DNA from: Chiloscyllium plagiosum
Taxonomy: Eukaryota
Reading direction: 5' to 3'
Length of the DNA: 50,720 nucleotides
Assembly (NCBI RefSeq): GCF_004010195.1
Contig: NC_057719.1
Span: 7,843,974 to 7,894,693 of the forward strand
Numbering within the stretch: position 1 is the stretch's first letter; each line of letters opens with the position of its first letter. The notes beneath the pieces were generated by a model. That model was given only the letters and a program-made list of their open reading frames with translations, ran no database searches and was not told the origin of the DNA. The position numbers and the translations under genes are program-made. Below are positions 13,195 to 23,264 of the stretch, piece by piece.

Positions 13195-14918
13195 ATAGAA
13201 CATAAAAAAGTGCAGCACAGAACAGGCCCATTGGCCCATGATGTTGTGCCGAGGTTTAATCCTAATGTAAAATATAATAACAACCTAAGCACCCCTCAAC
13301 TCATTGCTCTCCAGGTGCCTGTCCAGCAGTCACTTAAATGTCCCTAATGATTCTGCTTCCACCATCACCGCTGGCAACGCATTCCATGCATTCACAACTC
13401 TCTGCGTAAAGAATCTACCTCTGACGTCTCCTCTATACCTTTCCCCTAATATCTTAAAGCTGTGACCGCTCATACCTGTCAGTCCTGCCCTGGGGAAAAG
13501 TCTCTGGCTATTGACTCTATCTGTTCCTCTCATTATCTTATATTCCTCGATGAGGTCTCCTCTCTTCCTCCTTCTCTCCAGAGAGAAAAGTCTGAGCTTA
13601 TTCAACCTTTCTTCATAAGACAAGCCCTCCAGTCCAGGCAGCATCCTGGTATACCTTCTTTGCACCCTCTCCAAAGCCTCTATATCTTTCTTATAGTAGG
13701 GCGACCAGAACTGGACACAATTTTCCAAGTGTGGTCTCACCAGGGACTTGTAGAGCTGTAGCAAAATGTCGCGGCTCTTAAACTCGATCCCACTGTTAAT
13801 GAAACCCAAAAACACCATATGCTTTCTTAACAACCCTATCCACTTGGGTGGCAACTTTGAGAGATCTATGTATTTGCACACCCAGATCCCTCTGTTCCTC
13901 CACACTGCCAAGAATCCTGTCTTTAATCCTATATTTAGTATTCCAAAATGCATCACTTTGCATTTATCCAGGTTGAACTCCATCTGCCATTTCTCAACCC
14001 AGCTCTGCATCCTGTCTATGTTGCGCTGCAACCTGCAATAGCCCTCGAAACTATTGACGACACCTCCAACTTTTGTGTCATCTGCAAATTTACTAACCCA
14101 CCCCTCAACCTCCTCGTCCAAGTCATTTATAAAAACTACAAAGAGCAGAGGGCCAAGAACAGAGCCTTGCAGGACCCCACTCAACATTGAGGAGAAAGTG
14201 AGGTCTGCAGATGCTGGAGATCAAAGTTGAAACTTTATTGCTGGAACAGCACAGCAGGTCAGGCAGCATCCAGGGAACAGGAGATTCAACGTTTCGGGCA
14301 CAGGCCCTTCTTCAACATTGACCTCCAGGCAGAATACTTTCCATCTACAGCCACTCTCTGCCTTCTGTCAGCCAACCAATTCTGAATCCAGAAAGCCAAA
14401 TCTCCCTGTATCCCATACTTCCTGACTTTATGAATGAGCCCACCATGGGAAACCTTACCAAATGCCTTGCTGATGAAGTCCATATACACCACATCCACTG
14501 CTCGACTGTCGTCGACCTGTCTTGACACCTCCTCACAGAACTCAATAAGATTTGTGAGGCATGACATGCCCCTCACAAGGCTATGCTGACTGCCTTTAAT
14601 CACACTATGCTTTGTCAAATAGTCATAGATCCTATCCCTCAGAATTCTTTCCAAACCTTTGCTGACCACAGATGTAAGACTGATTGGTCTGTAATTGCCT
14701 GGGATTTCCCTATTACCCTTCTTGAAAAGAGGAACAACATTCGCCTCCTTCTAATCCTCTGGTACGACCACCATGGAGAGTGAGGAGGCAAATATCCTCG
14801 CCAGTGGTTTAGCAAACCCCTTTCTCGCTTCCCGGAGCAACCTAGGATAAATCTGGTCTGGCCCTGGTGTCTTATCAATCTTAATGTTTTCCAAGATTTC
14901 CAGCACATCAACTTCATT
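13195..14918 (-). mobile_element. Younger 5'-truncated CR1 LINE nested in the older CR1
   Basis: SGVLQGSVLGPLLFVVFINDL...SKFADDTK RT motifs; closely similar to 19651-21685. Confidence 0.95.
14191..14311 (-). mobile_element. Solo PLE terminus (family A2), truncated within the hammerhead core
   Basis: 10-bp TSD tcaacattga at 14181-90 and 14312-21. - strand reads TGAAGAAGGGCCTGTGCCCGAAACGTTGAAT. The paralogous CR1 near 20701-20725 lacks the insert. Confidence 0.88.
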
Positions 14919-14920
14919 GA

Positions 14921-15315
14921 CGTAACATTTGCTGTTTCCAATCTGCTGAGATTGCCCCAGACTCCAGCGAAGTTTGAAAAATTCCCACAAGTGCACTTGT
15001 TATTTCTCCCGCCATCTCTTTTAGTACCATGGGATGCATTCCATGAGGGCCAGGAAACTTGACTATCCTTAGCTCCATTAGCTTGCCCAACACTAGCTCT
15101 TCTGTAATAATGATTGTTTCCAGGTCCTCACCTACTTTTGTCTCTTTGTCATTTACTGGCATGTTATTCATGTCCTCTGCTGTGAAGACCAACACAAAAT
15201 ATCTATTCAGTGCCTCGGCTTTTTCATCATATCCCATTACTAAATGCCCCTTCTCATCCTCTAAAGGAGCAATGTATATTTTAGCCAATCTTTTTCATTT
15301 TATATTTTTATAGAG
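14921..15315 (-). mobile_element. Continuation of the older CR1 (EN-RT linker region)
   Basis: AEALNRYFVLVFT...KFPGPHGMHPMVLKEMAGEI...ADWK motifs. Confidence 0.88.
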
Positions 15316-15344
15316 TATTTATATTTTGTCTGTATTCTGATACT

Positions 15345-15670
15345 GTGAGAGTGTGGTGCTGAAAACGTTTCGGGCAGGAGCCCTTCATCAGGAATGAGGC
15401 TTTTGGGCCCGTCTGTGGGGGGGCTGGAGCTGAAAGATAAATGGAGGGGGTGGGGCTAGGGCTGGGGGGTGAAGGTAGCTGGAAATGTGATAGGTAGATG
15501 AAGGTGGGGGGAAGGGAAGGTGATAGGTTGGCGAGGAGGGTGGAGTGGATAGGTGGGGAGGAAGGTGGACAGGTCAAGAGGGCGGTGCCAAGTTGGAGGC
15601 TTGGGAACTGGGATAAGGTAGGGGAGGGGAAATGAAGGAACTGGTGAAATCCAGTCCTCACTTTCTCCTT
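15345..15670. mobile_element. Rearranged PLE terminal fragment with - strand hammerhead at 15364-15391
   Basis: - strand CTGATGAAGGGCTCCTGCCCGAAACGTT, C-rich PLE 3' region on - strand, + strand tail cagtcctcactttctcc. Confidence 0.7.
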
Positions 15671-15747
15671 CTAATCTGAGACTGACCCTGGTTCTAATTG
15701 CCCAATCAGGGAAAACATTCTCTCATCATCTAGTCTGTCCAACCCAG

Positions 15748-15950
15748 TCACACAACAGCAGGTTATAGTCCAACAGGTTTAATTGGAAGCACACTAGCTT
15801 GCGGAGCGACGCTCCTTCATCAATCACCTGATGAAGGAGCGTCACTCCGAAAGCTAGTGTGCTTCCAATTAAATCTGTTGGACTATAACCTGGTGTTGTG
15901 TGATTTTTAACTTTGTACACCCCAGTCCAACACCGGCATCTCCGAATCAT
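15748..15950 (+). mobile_element. Palindromic mini-element of a second family (B), probably PLE-derived, inserted in a CR1 remnant
   Basis: About 75-bp inverted arms (15748-15822 / 15829-15903) plus a unique tail; same architecture as family A. No clear TSD. Confidence 0.78.
15828..15856 (+). ncRNA. Minimal hammerhead ribozyme motif, family B
   Basis: cac-CTGATGA-A-GGAG(CGTCA)CTCC-GAAA-GC-TA-gtg: helix I cac/gtg, palindromic AGCT helix III, CUA site. Confidence 0.75.
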
Positions 15951-15951
15951 G

Positions 15952-16190
15952 ACTAGAATTTTATAGGTTTCAATCAGATCCTCTCTCATCCTTCTAGACT
16001 CCAGTGAGTACAGGCTTAGTCGAAGCAATCTCTCCTGATGGGACAGTCCTGTCATCCCCAGTATCAGCTGAATGAACCTCCGCTGCATTTCCTTCTCTCG
16101 CAAATATATCCTTCCTTAGGGAGGGATACCAAAACTGCACTCAGTATTCCAGGTATGGTCTCATCAAGGTCTTGTATAAACTGCAGCCTC
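15952..16190 (-). mobile_element. CR1 remnant (continues at about 15672-15747)
   Basis: MQRRFIQLILGMTGLSHQERLLRLSLYSLESRRMREDLIETYKIL. Confidence 0.8.
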
Positions 16191-16341
16191 TACAATGTTG
16201 AAGGTCATGGGCAGCAGACATATTGAAATACCACACTTGCATGTTCCGTGCAAGCTTCATACTATCCTGAATGCTTTCAGTGCCGCTGGGCTAAAATTCT
16301 GGAACCACCTTCCTATCAGCACTGTTGATACACGTACAGTG

Positions 16342-16748
16342 CATAGAGACATAGAGATATACAGCACAGAAACAGACTCTTTGGTCCAACTCGTCCATGC
16401 TGACCAGATATCCTAAATTAATCTAGCCCCTTTTGCCAGCACTTTGTCCATATCCCTCTAAGCCTTTCCTATTCATATACCAATTCAGATGCCTTTTAAA
16501 TGTTGCAATTGTATCAGCCTCTACCACTTCCTCTGGCAGCTCATTCCATACACACACCACCCTCTGTGTGAAAAAGTGTGCCTTAGCTCCCTTTTAAATC
16601 TTTCCCCTCTCACCCTAAACCTATACCCTCTTGTTCTAGATTCCCCCGCCTCAGGGAAAATACCTTGTCTATTTACCTATCCATGCTCCTCATGATTTTA
16701 CAAACTTCTGTCAGGCCACTCCTCAGCCTCTGACGCTCCAGGGAAAGA
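16342..16748 (-). mobile_element. CR1/HER1 3' end
   Basis: Same 3' UTR family as 6968-7772, 39303-39603 and 50507-50720, with a short tandem tail. Confidence 0.88.
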
Positions 16749-16749
16749 C

Positions 16750-17261
16750 TGCATCATTTCATCTTGTCCAGACAATTATGTACATGGGATAAATGCTGGC
16801 ATATCTTGCCATACGTAATGAATACCTGGTATGGCAACTGTACCATTCAAGATCAGAGACGGTTACAGAGAGTGGTGAACTCGGCCCGGACAATCACAAA
16901 GGCCAACCTCCCATTTATAGAATCCATCTACCAGGCCCGCTGTCAAGGAAAGGCCGCCAGCATTCTCAAAGATCCATCCCACCCTGGCAATGTTTTTCTA
17001 CAACCTCTACCATCAGGGAGAAGGTACAGAAGCCTGAACACATGCACCAGCTGGTTTTGAAACAGTTTCTATCTGCCTCTTGTTAGAATACTGAATGGAC
17101 TCACAAACGTAGCATTCACCTGTACCAGTGCTTTTGTTTTTGCCACTGTTTACCTATTATTTGCTATCTATGCTATTTAACAATGTGATCTGCCTGTATT
17201 GCTCGCAAGATAAAGCTTTCCACTGTGCCTCTGTACACGTGACAATAAATTCAATTCAATT
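16750..17261 (+). mobile_element. Rex1/Babar-type LINE 3' end
   Basis: WYGNCTIQDQRRLQRVVNSARTI...AASILKDPSHPG...LPSGRRYRS motif; ends in aataaa plus (caatt)n. Confidence 0.8.
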
Positions 17262-19650
17262 GTTACTTAAGCTCTCACTTATAATGTTATTCTCCTGTTT
17301 TAAGGTCTTGATATTCTTTAGAAAGCTGTAAGCTGAACTTCTTAATTCTGTTATGTAATATAACGTACTAAAATTATTTACCACAACTTGTCTTTTTGAA
17401 CTGCATAGAAATTTTTTTGAGAAGCAGTAAATGATCCATATCAATACTGACACCCAAAATGGTTTTAGCTGATAGAATCATTTAGTGCCATGATATATTA
17501 GCAATCACTCGTGTGTCTGAGTGTGATTAATCCTTTCACTATTGCTGTAAATATCTTTGTCCAGAGTCTAGATGCTAAATAATTTCCTTGATGCTCTGTA
17601 CAATTCACAGCATAATCTTGTCACTGATCATTTTGTTTGTGACCTTAACCTGAGAAATATTCCAATTTGAATCCTATCTGGCAGTCTTTCTGTTCCATTG
17701 AAGTTGATCAATGATGGTAATGCTGTTGAAATACTGCTAATGATTAGGTACAAATGAGTGTGATTTAACTTGTTTAATATCATATTCTATGTTTACAAAA
17801 TTGCAGGGAACCTTACTCCTCATGAACACACAGTTTCACCTTGAATACCTACTTATGATTTTAATTTTATTCTCTAATTGCGAGGTTCGTAATTGGTGAG
17901 GGAAAAACCATTAGACTGTTTGAATAATAGGTTTTTTGTAATTTTGAAAAGCAAGGGAGTTCAATGTTAAGATTACTTAGATATATTTTGGATGAATAAA
18001 TGTTCTATACAAAAAGAAGCAGTGTGAGGAATTTATTTTAAAAAGTTGTCTCCAATGTTTCTAAAACTGAGATACCAAGGAAACCATGATGAGGACTGAC
18101 ATCTGGTGATAGAATATTATTTTTCTCCACCTTTAACAAAAGCTGTTTGAAATTTTTAAAATGTAATTTGAGGTTGACTGTGTAAGTGCAAAGGAAAATG
18201 CAATGCCTGCATATTGTAACTTTGGTATATAAATTATAAATGGTTACAGCCTTCGGGTAGCAGCATCCTAAACTGAGAGAGAAAATCCTTTATTATCCTA
18301 ATTTATTTATTTTTATTTTTATTTTTAAAAATAAGCTGTAGTTTGCAAGCTGACGGGTCTAGTATTTTACAAAAGCAATTTGGCTCAGACCACTAACTCT
18401 GTTTCTCTCTCCATAGATTTTGCCAAACTGGCTGAGTTTCTCCAACGCTCTTTGTTTTTATTTTTGTAATTATATGTTGTGATTTTAATTTCACAAACTA
18501 AAGTCTTCTACTCACTGGCACTCATAAGATGCAGACAGACACAGAGGCGGGGTCGAACTTACCAAAAGTCATCTAATTATCAATTTTGGCAAGATTCATG
18601 GAAGGTTACTCTACCATGAAGTCTAATGAGTTTTCTCACACTATTTTCCAAAAGGCCACTGCACCATACCACTAAGGTGCCCTGCTTGCATTCTCTCATT
18701 TGATGTCGGTGAAAATGCTTGCCACTGCCAGCTTATTCCAGATGGGCAGATGTGCATCAGGTTGAGCTCTGGCAGTCCAGCACTGTCCTGGACAGTTTGT
18801 ATTATTTGCTGTGGACATGGCAGACATGGGCAAGGTCCTGGTGAACAGAGTGTTGCAGAGGAGTGCCTCTTTCCCCAGGACTGGCAGGGGAGATCACAAC
18901 ACCAGACCCTGCCCGCCTTGCATGGGATTGTCACCTGGGTCCATGTGGTGTCAACTGTCTGGAGAAATACTCAAAATGCCACAGAAAGTCAATTACCTTC
19001 TCTGCTCTTTGAGAATAATTCTTCTCATTGCTACCAATGGTCTATCACTCTCAGTATTGCATGCAACATCTTCCCTCACTCACTGTAATCTATTCATGCT
19101 GCATGTTCTTTGTGCCTCCTCCTCATTCATTCAGGACGTTTGATCACCTGTTCCCTACTGGCACTAGCACGGACACTTCTTTCAGCCACTTTTAGTTCAC
19201 TCCATTCCTCTAATTGTCTTATTCCAGGATAAAATAGCATATTACAGGTTGGAGGGAGGCAGGATCAGTGGTGGGGAGCCTTACATTTGGCACCTTACAT
19301 CCCCATCTTCTCAGAGGAGAGGATCCTGATCCTGGCCCATGGGGACTTAGACTGCCCATCTGATGATGCTGAAACATCCATATCCTGGCAACCAAGGAAG
19401 AGGAATGATCCATTGCTGTGCATCTCTCCTGTTACTGTCACTGTGAATGTGCTGCTAACCAGCCTGGACTTCTGCTCCAAGTTTGCAATGCCTATTTTCT
19501 TTTGTCTCCTGTGGTCACCAATGAAATCTGCACAATTTCCCCCTTAAGGAGGCCAGCCCAGCAGTTCATCCTCTCCTCCACTTCTAGGGAAGAAGCTAAG
19601 ATCCCTCAGATAAAACACTGGCAAGATTTCCTCCAGCACCCTCCTCCAAC

Positions 19651-21685
19651 TAGATAGAACATAGAACGTAGAACATAGAACATAGAAAGATACAGCACAG
19701 AACAGGCACTTTGGCCCACGATGTTGTGCTGAGATTTAATCCTAACGTAAAATATAGTAACTTAACCTACGCACCCCTCAACCCACAGCTATCCATGTGC
19801 CTGTCCAGCAGTCACTTAAATAGCTATCCATGTGCCTGTCCAGCAGTCACTTAAATGCCCCCAATGACTTTGCTTCCACCACCACAGCTGGCAACACATT
19901 CCATGCATTCACAACTCACTGCGTAAAGAATCTACCTCTGACGTCTCCTTTATACCTTCCTCCTAATATCTTCAAACTATGATCCCTCGTACCAGTCAAT
20001 CCTGTCCTGGGGAAAAGTGTCTGGCTATTGACTCTATCTATTCCTTTCATTATCTTGTATACCTCGATCAGATCTCCTCTCTTCCTCCTTCTCTCCAGAG
20101 AGAAAAGTCCAAGCTTATTCAACCTTTCTTCATAAGGCAAGCCCTTCAGTCCAGATAGCATCCTGGTAAACCTTCTTTGCACCCTCTCCAAAGCCTCTGT
20201 ATCTTTCCCATAGTAGGGCGACCAGAACTGGACACAATATTCCAAGTGTGGTCTCACCAGGACTTGTAGAGCTGTAGCAAAACCTCGTGGCTCTTAAATT
20301 CGATCCCACTGTTAATGAAAGTCAAAACACCATATGCTTTCTTAACAACCCTATCCACTTGGGTGGCAACTTTGAGAGATCTATGTACTTGCACACCTAG
20401 ATCCCTCTGTTCCTCCACACTGCCAAGAATCCTGTCTTTAATCCTATATTCAGCATTCGAGTTCAACCTTCCAAAATGCATCACTTTGCATTTATCCAGG
20501 TTGAACTCCATCTGCCATTTCTCAGCCCAGGTCTGCATCCTGTCTATGTCGCGTTGCAGCCTGCAGTAGCCCTGTGCACTATCGACGACACCTCCAACCT
20601 TTGTGTCATCTGCAAATTTACTAAGGCACCCCTCAACCTCCTCGTCCACGTAATTTATAAAAACTATGAAGAGTAGAGGCCCAAGAACAGAGCCCTGCGG
20701 GACCCCACTCAACACTGACCTCCAGGCAGAATACTTTCCATTTACAACCACTCTCTGCCTTCTGCCAGCCAGCCAATTCTGAATCCAGAAAGCCAAATCT
20801 CCCTGTATCCCATACTTCCTAACTTTATGAATGTGCCTACCATGGGGAACCTTATCAAATGCCTTGCTGAAGTCCATATACACCACATCCACTGCTCGAC
20901 CGTCGTCGACCTATCTTGACACCTCCTCAAAGAACTCAATAAGATTTGTGAGGCATGACGTGCCCCTCACAAAGCCATGACTATGCTTTTCCAAATAGTC
21001 ATAAATCCTATCCCTCAGAATTCTTTCCACAACTTTGCTGACCACAGATGTAAGACTGACTGGTCTGTAATTGCCAGGGATTTCCCTATTACCCTTCTTG
21101 AAAAGACAAACAACATTTGCCTCCTTCCAAATCTCCGGTACGACTCCTGTGGAGAGTGAGGAGGCAAATATCCTCGCCAGCGGCTTAGCAACCTCCTTTC
21201 TCATTTCCTGGAGCAGCCTAGGATAAATCTGGTCTGGCCCTGGGGACTTATCAATCTTAATGTTTTCCAAAATTTCTAGGACATCAACTTCATCAATCTT
21301 GAACTGGTCAATACTGTATCACAGCTCCTCTAAGTTTTCATTTACAACAAGTTCCCTTTCCTTGGTGAAAACTGAAGCAAAAAACTCATTTAGGGCTTCC
21401 CTATCGGCTCGGACTCCGCGCACAAGTTCCCTCCGCTATCCCTGATTGGCCCTACCTTCTCCCTGATCATTCTCTCATTCCTCACGTATGAGTGAAATGC
21501 CTTTGGGTTCTCCCTAATGCTTCTTGCCAAGCCTTTTTCGTGCCCCGCTCCTGGCTCTCCTTAGTCCATTTCTGAGCTCCTTCCTAGTGAGCCTGTAATC
21601 CTCTAAAGCTGTGCTAGATCCTTGCTTCCTCCACCTTAAATAAGCTGCCTTCTTCCTTTTGACGAGAAGATATTGATACCTTGAT
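19651..21685 (-). mobile_element. Young 5'-truncated CR1 LINE, about 2 kb
   Basis: Near-continuous ORF2 (KSPGPDQIYPR, NYRPVSLTSVV, DFSKAFDKVPH, GVPQGSVLGP, KFADDTK); (tagaaca)n tail at 19651-19689. Confidence 0.96.
19787..19856. repeat. Perfect 35-bp tandem duplication inside CR1
   Basis: agctatccatgtgcctgtccagcagtcacttaaat occurs twice. Confidence 0.95.
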
Positions 21686-22419
21686 GGGTCTGTTAGGTAG
21701 ATTAGAGCTGAGAGCATCTGCTTCTGAGCACATCATTGCCATATCTCTGTATCAGGTTGAGGAAGAGGAGCTCCAATCTGCTGACACTCTGGCGACGTCG
21801 AAGATCAGGCACATGCTTAGCCCGAGGCAGAAGAGGATCCCAAAGTGTTGGCAGTTAGCAATTTCATAGAAATTTACAGTCAGACACAGCAGCTCGGGAA
21901 GGTTTGTCAGACTCACCTGGTAAACCGACACAACTGACTGCACCATGCTGTCTTTGGTGCATGTGCGTCTTGCTGCCTCTATGGCCGGGTTGGCAGCTGC
22001 GATGGAGATCCAGGGCTGGCATTCCAAATCTACAGGATGAATGCATGGGCTGGCACTCCATCGCTCCATGCATTGGTGCTCTGCACTAACAGCAAAGAAA
22101 CATGAGGACAAAGAACCTTGACCTCACTCCAGTTGGCTTTTAAGCTGAAGAAGATTGATAATCCTTCAGGTCAGGATACTCTTGAGACATAAAAATATCC
22201 AGGATCGGCTGTCAAGAAGAGATAATACCTGTCTTAATAAAATAATGTAAACTTGGTCTCTCCTTTATAGTAGAAGATTTGCTATTTTTTGTGGATTGAT
22301 TCCATGTAGCTGTTAGAATTCTTTAGGCAAGGAAGTGCTCTGCTGTCTTCCAAATGTTGCTTTCTTTTTAAGATTCTAACAGAAGTTATAATATTTGAAC
22401 ATTTGCTTTTTTTTAAAAG

Positions 22420-22503
22420 GAGTTGAGAAAACGCAATGGTAAAATTAATGAAATGGAAGAAATGAAGAATAAACTTTCCAGATCCGAAGGTGAGAAGTCC
22501 CTG
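22420..22503 (+). CDS. CEP128: Internal coding exon (84 nt, phase 0/0) of centrosomal protein 128-like gene: ELRKRNGKINEMEEMKNKLSRSEGEKSL
   Basis: Poly-T tract plus aaAG acceptor at 22418-19, GTAAGT donor at 22504, open frame. The peptide resembles recalled human CEP128 EALKKQEAKADEHEGAIKNKLRQTETEKNQ and splices in frame to the next exon. Confidence 0.82.
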
Positions 22504-22664
22504 GTAAGTTAATGTTCTGACTGATTGTGCCTCTTTGGCTGAGAAACAGTCACAATTTGGAAGCATTTAAAGATATTGAGTCATAAATATCACTGTCTGA
22601 AGAGCTTTATTTGTTTATATGTACAGAATTTTACAGTAAGAAACAAGCTTTTTGTCACTAAAAG

Positions 22665-23260
22665 TCAACACCATTCAAACCCACAACCACTTCCATCTGG
22701 AAGAACAAGGGCAGCAGATACATGGGAACACCACCACCTGCATGTTCCCGCAGTTGTGCCCTCATCTTAAAAATATCCCCGTAGTCTTGAATTCCTCCAT
22801 CCTAGGGAAAATAAACCTACCATTAACCCTATCTACACCCCTCATGATTTTATAAACATGCATAAGGTTACCTCTCAAACTCCCACACTTCAGTAAAAAA
22901 ATGTCCCAGCTTATCCACCCTTTCTTTATAACTCACACTCCCCATTCCCAGGAACATCCTGGTAAATCTCTTCAGAACCCTCTCTAGCTTAATAATATCT
23001 TTCCTATAACAGAGAGACCAGAACTCAACATGTACCATCTCAACATGACTTCACAACTCCCATACCCAAAGAATTGAGCAATGAAGGCAAGCGTGCCAAA
23101 TGCCTCAGTTTTACTTGGGCAAAATCGTGGAATTTTTGTCCCTAATAACAATGTGGGTCTACCTTCAACAGATAGACTCGTGTGGTTCAAGAAGGCAGCT
23201 CACTACCAGCTTCTCCACATGGGATAGACAACAAAGTAGTGACATCCATGACTGAATAGA
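22665..23260. mobile_element. 3' end of an old LINE family on +, with a nested - strand CR1 fragment at about 22770-23105
   Basis: Tail motif ggaagaacaagggcagcagatacatgggaacaccaccacctgc...ggttcaagaaggcagctcac, related to 16185-16340 and 36340-36880. Confidence 0.65.
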
Positions 23261-23264
23261 AAAA

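Larger units (their letters stand above)
18549..22125. mobile_element. Degenerate Harbinger/PIF-like DNA transposon split by the CR1 at 19651-21685; frameshifted Myb/SANT-like ORF on + at about 18818-19014 and from 19228
   Basis: Pieces KVLVNRVLQR / LFPQDWQGRSQHQTLPA..IVTWVHVVSTVWRNTQ / QKVNYLLCSLR, then ttccAG-DKIAYYRLEGGRISGGEPYIWHLT..EERIL, resembling Harbinger Myb/SANT proteins. Weak TIR candidates at 18549-60 and 22114-25 (8/12 match). Confidence 0.55.

Noticed and set aside
13195..21685. Apparent segmental duplication between 13195-14918 and about 19675-21295
   Set aside because: Similarity is confined to CR1 sequence with different 5' truncation points and flanks: two insertions of one subfamily.
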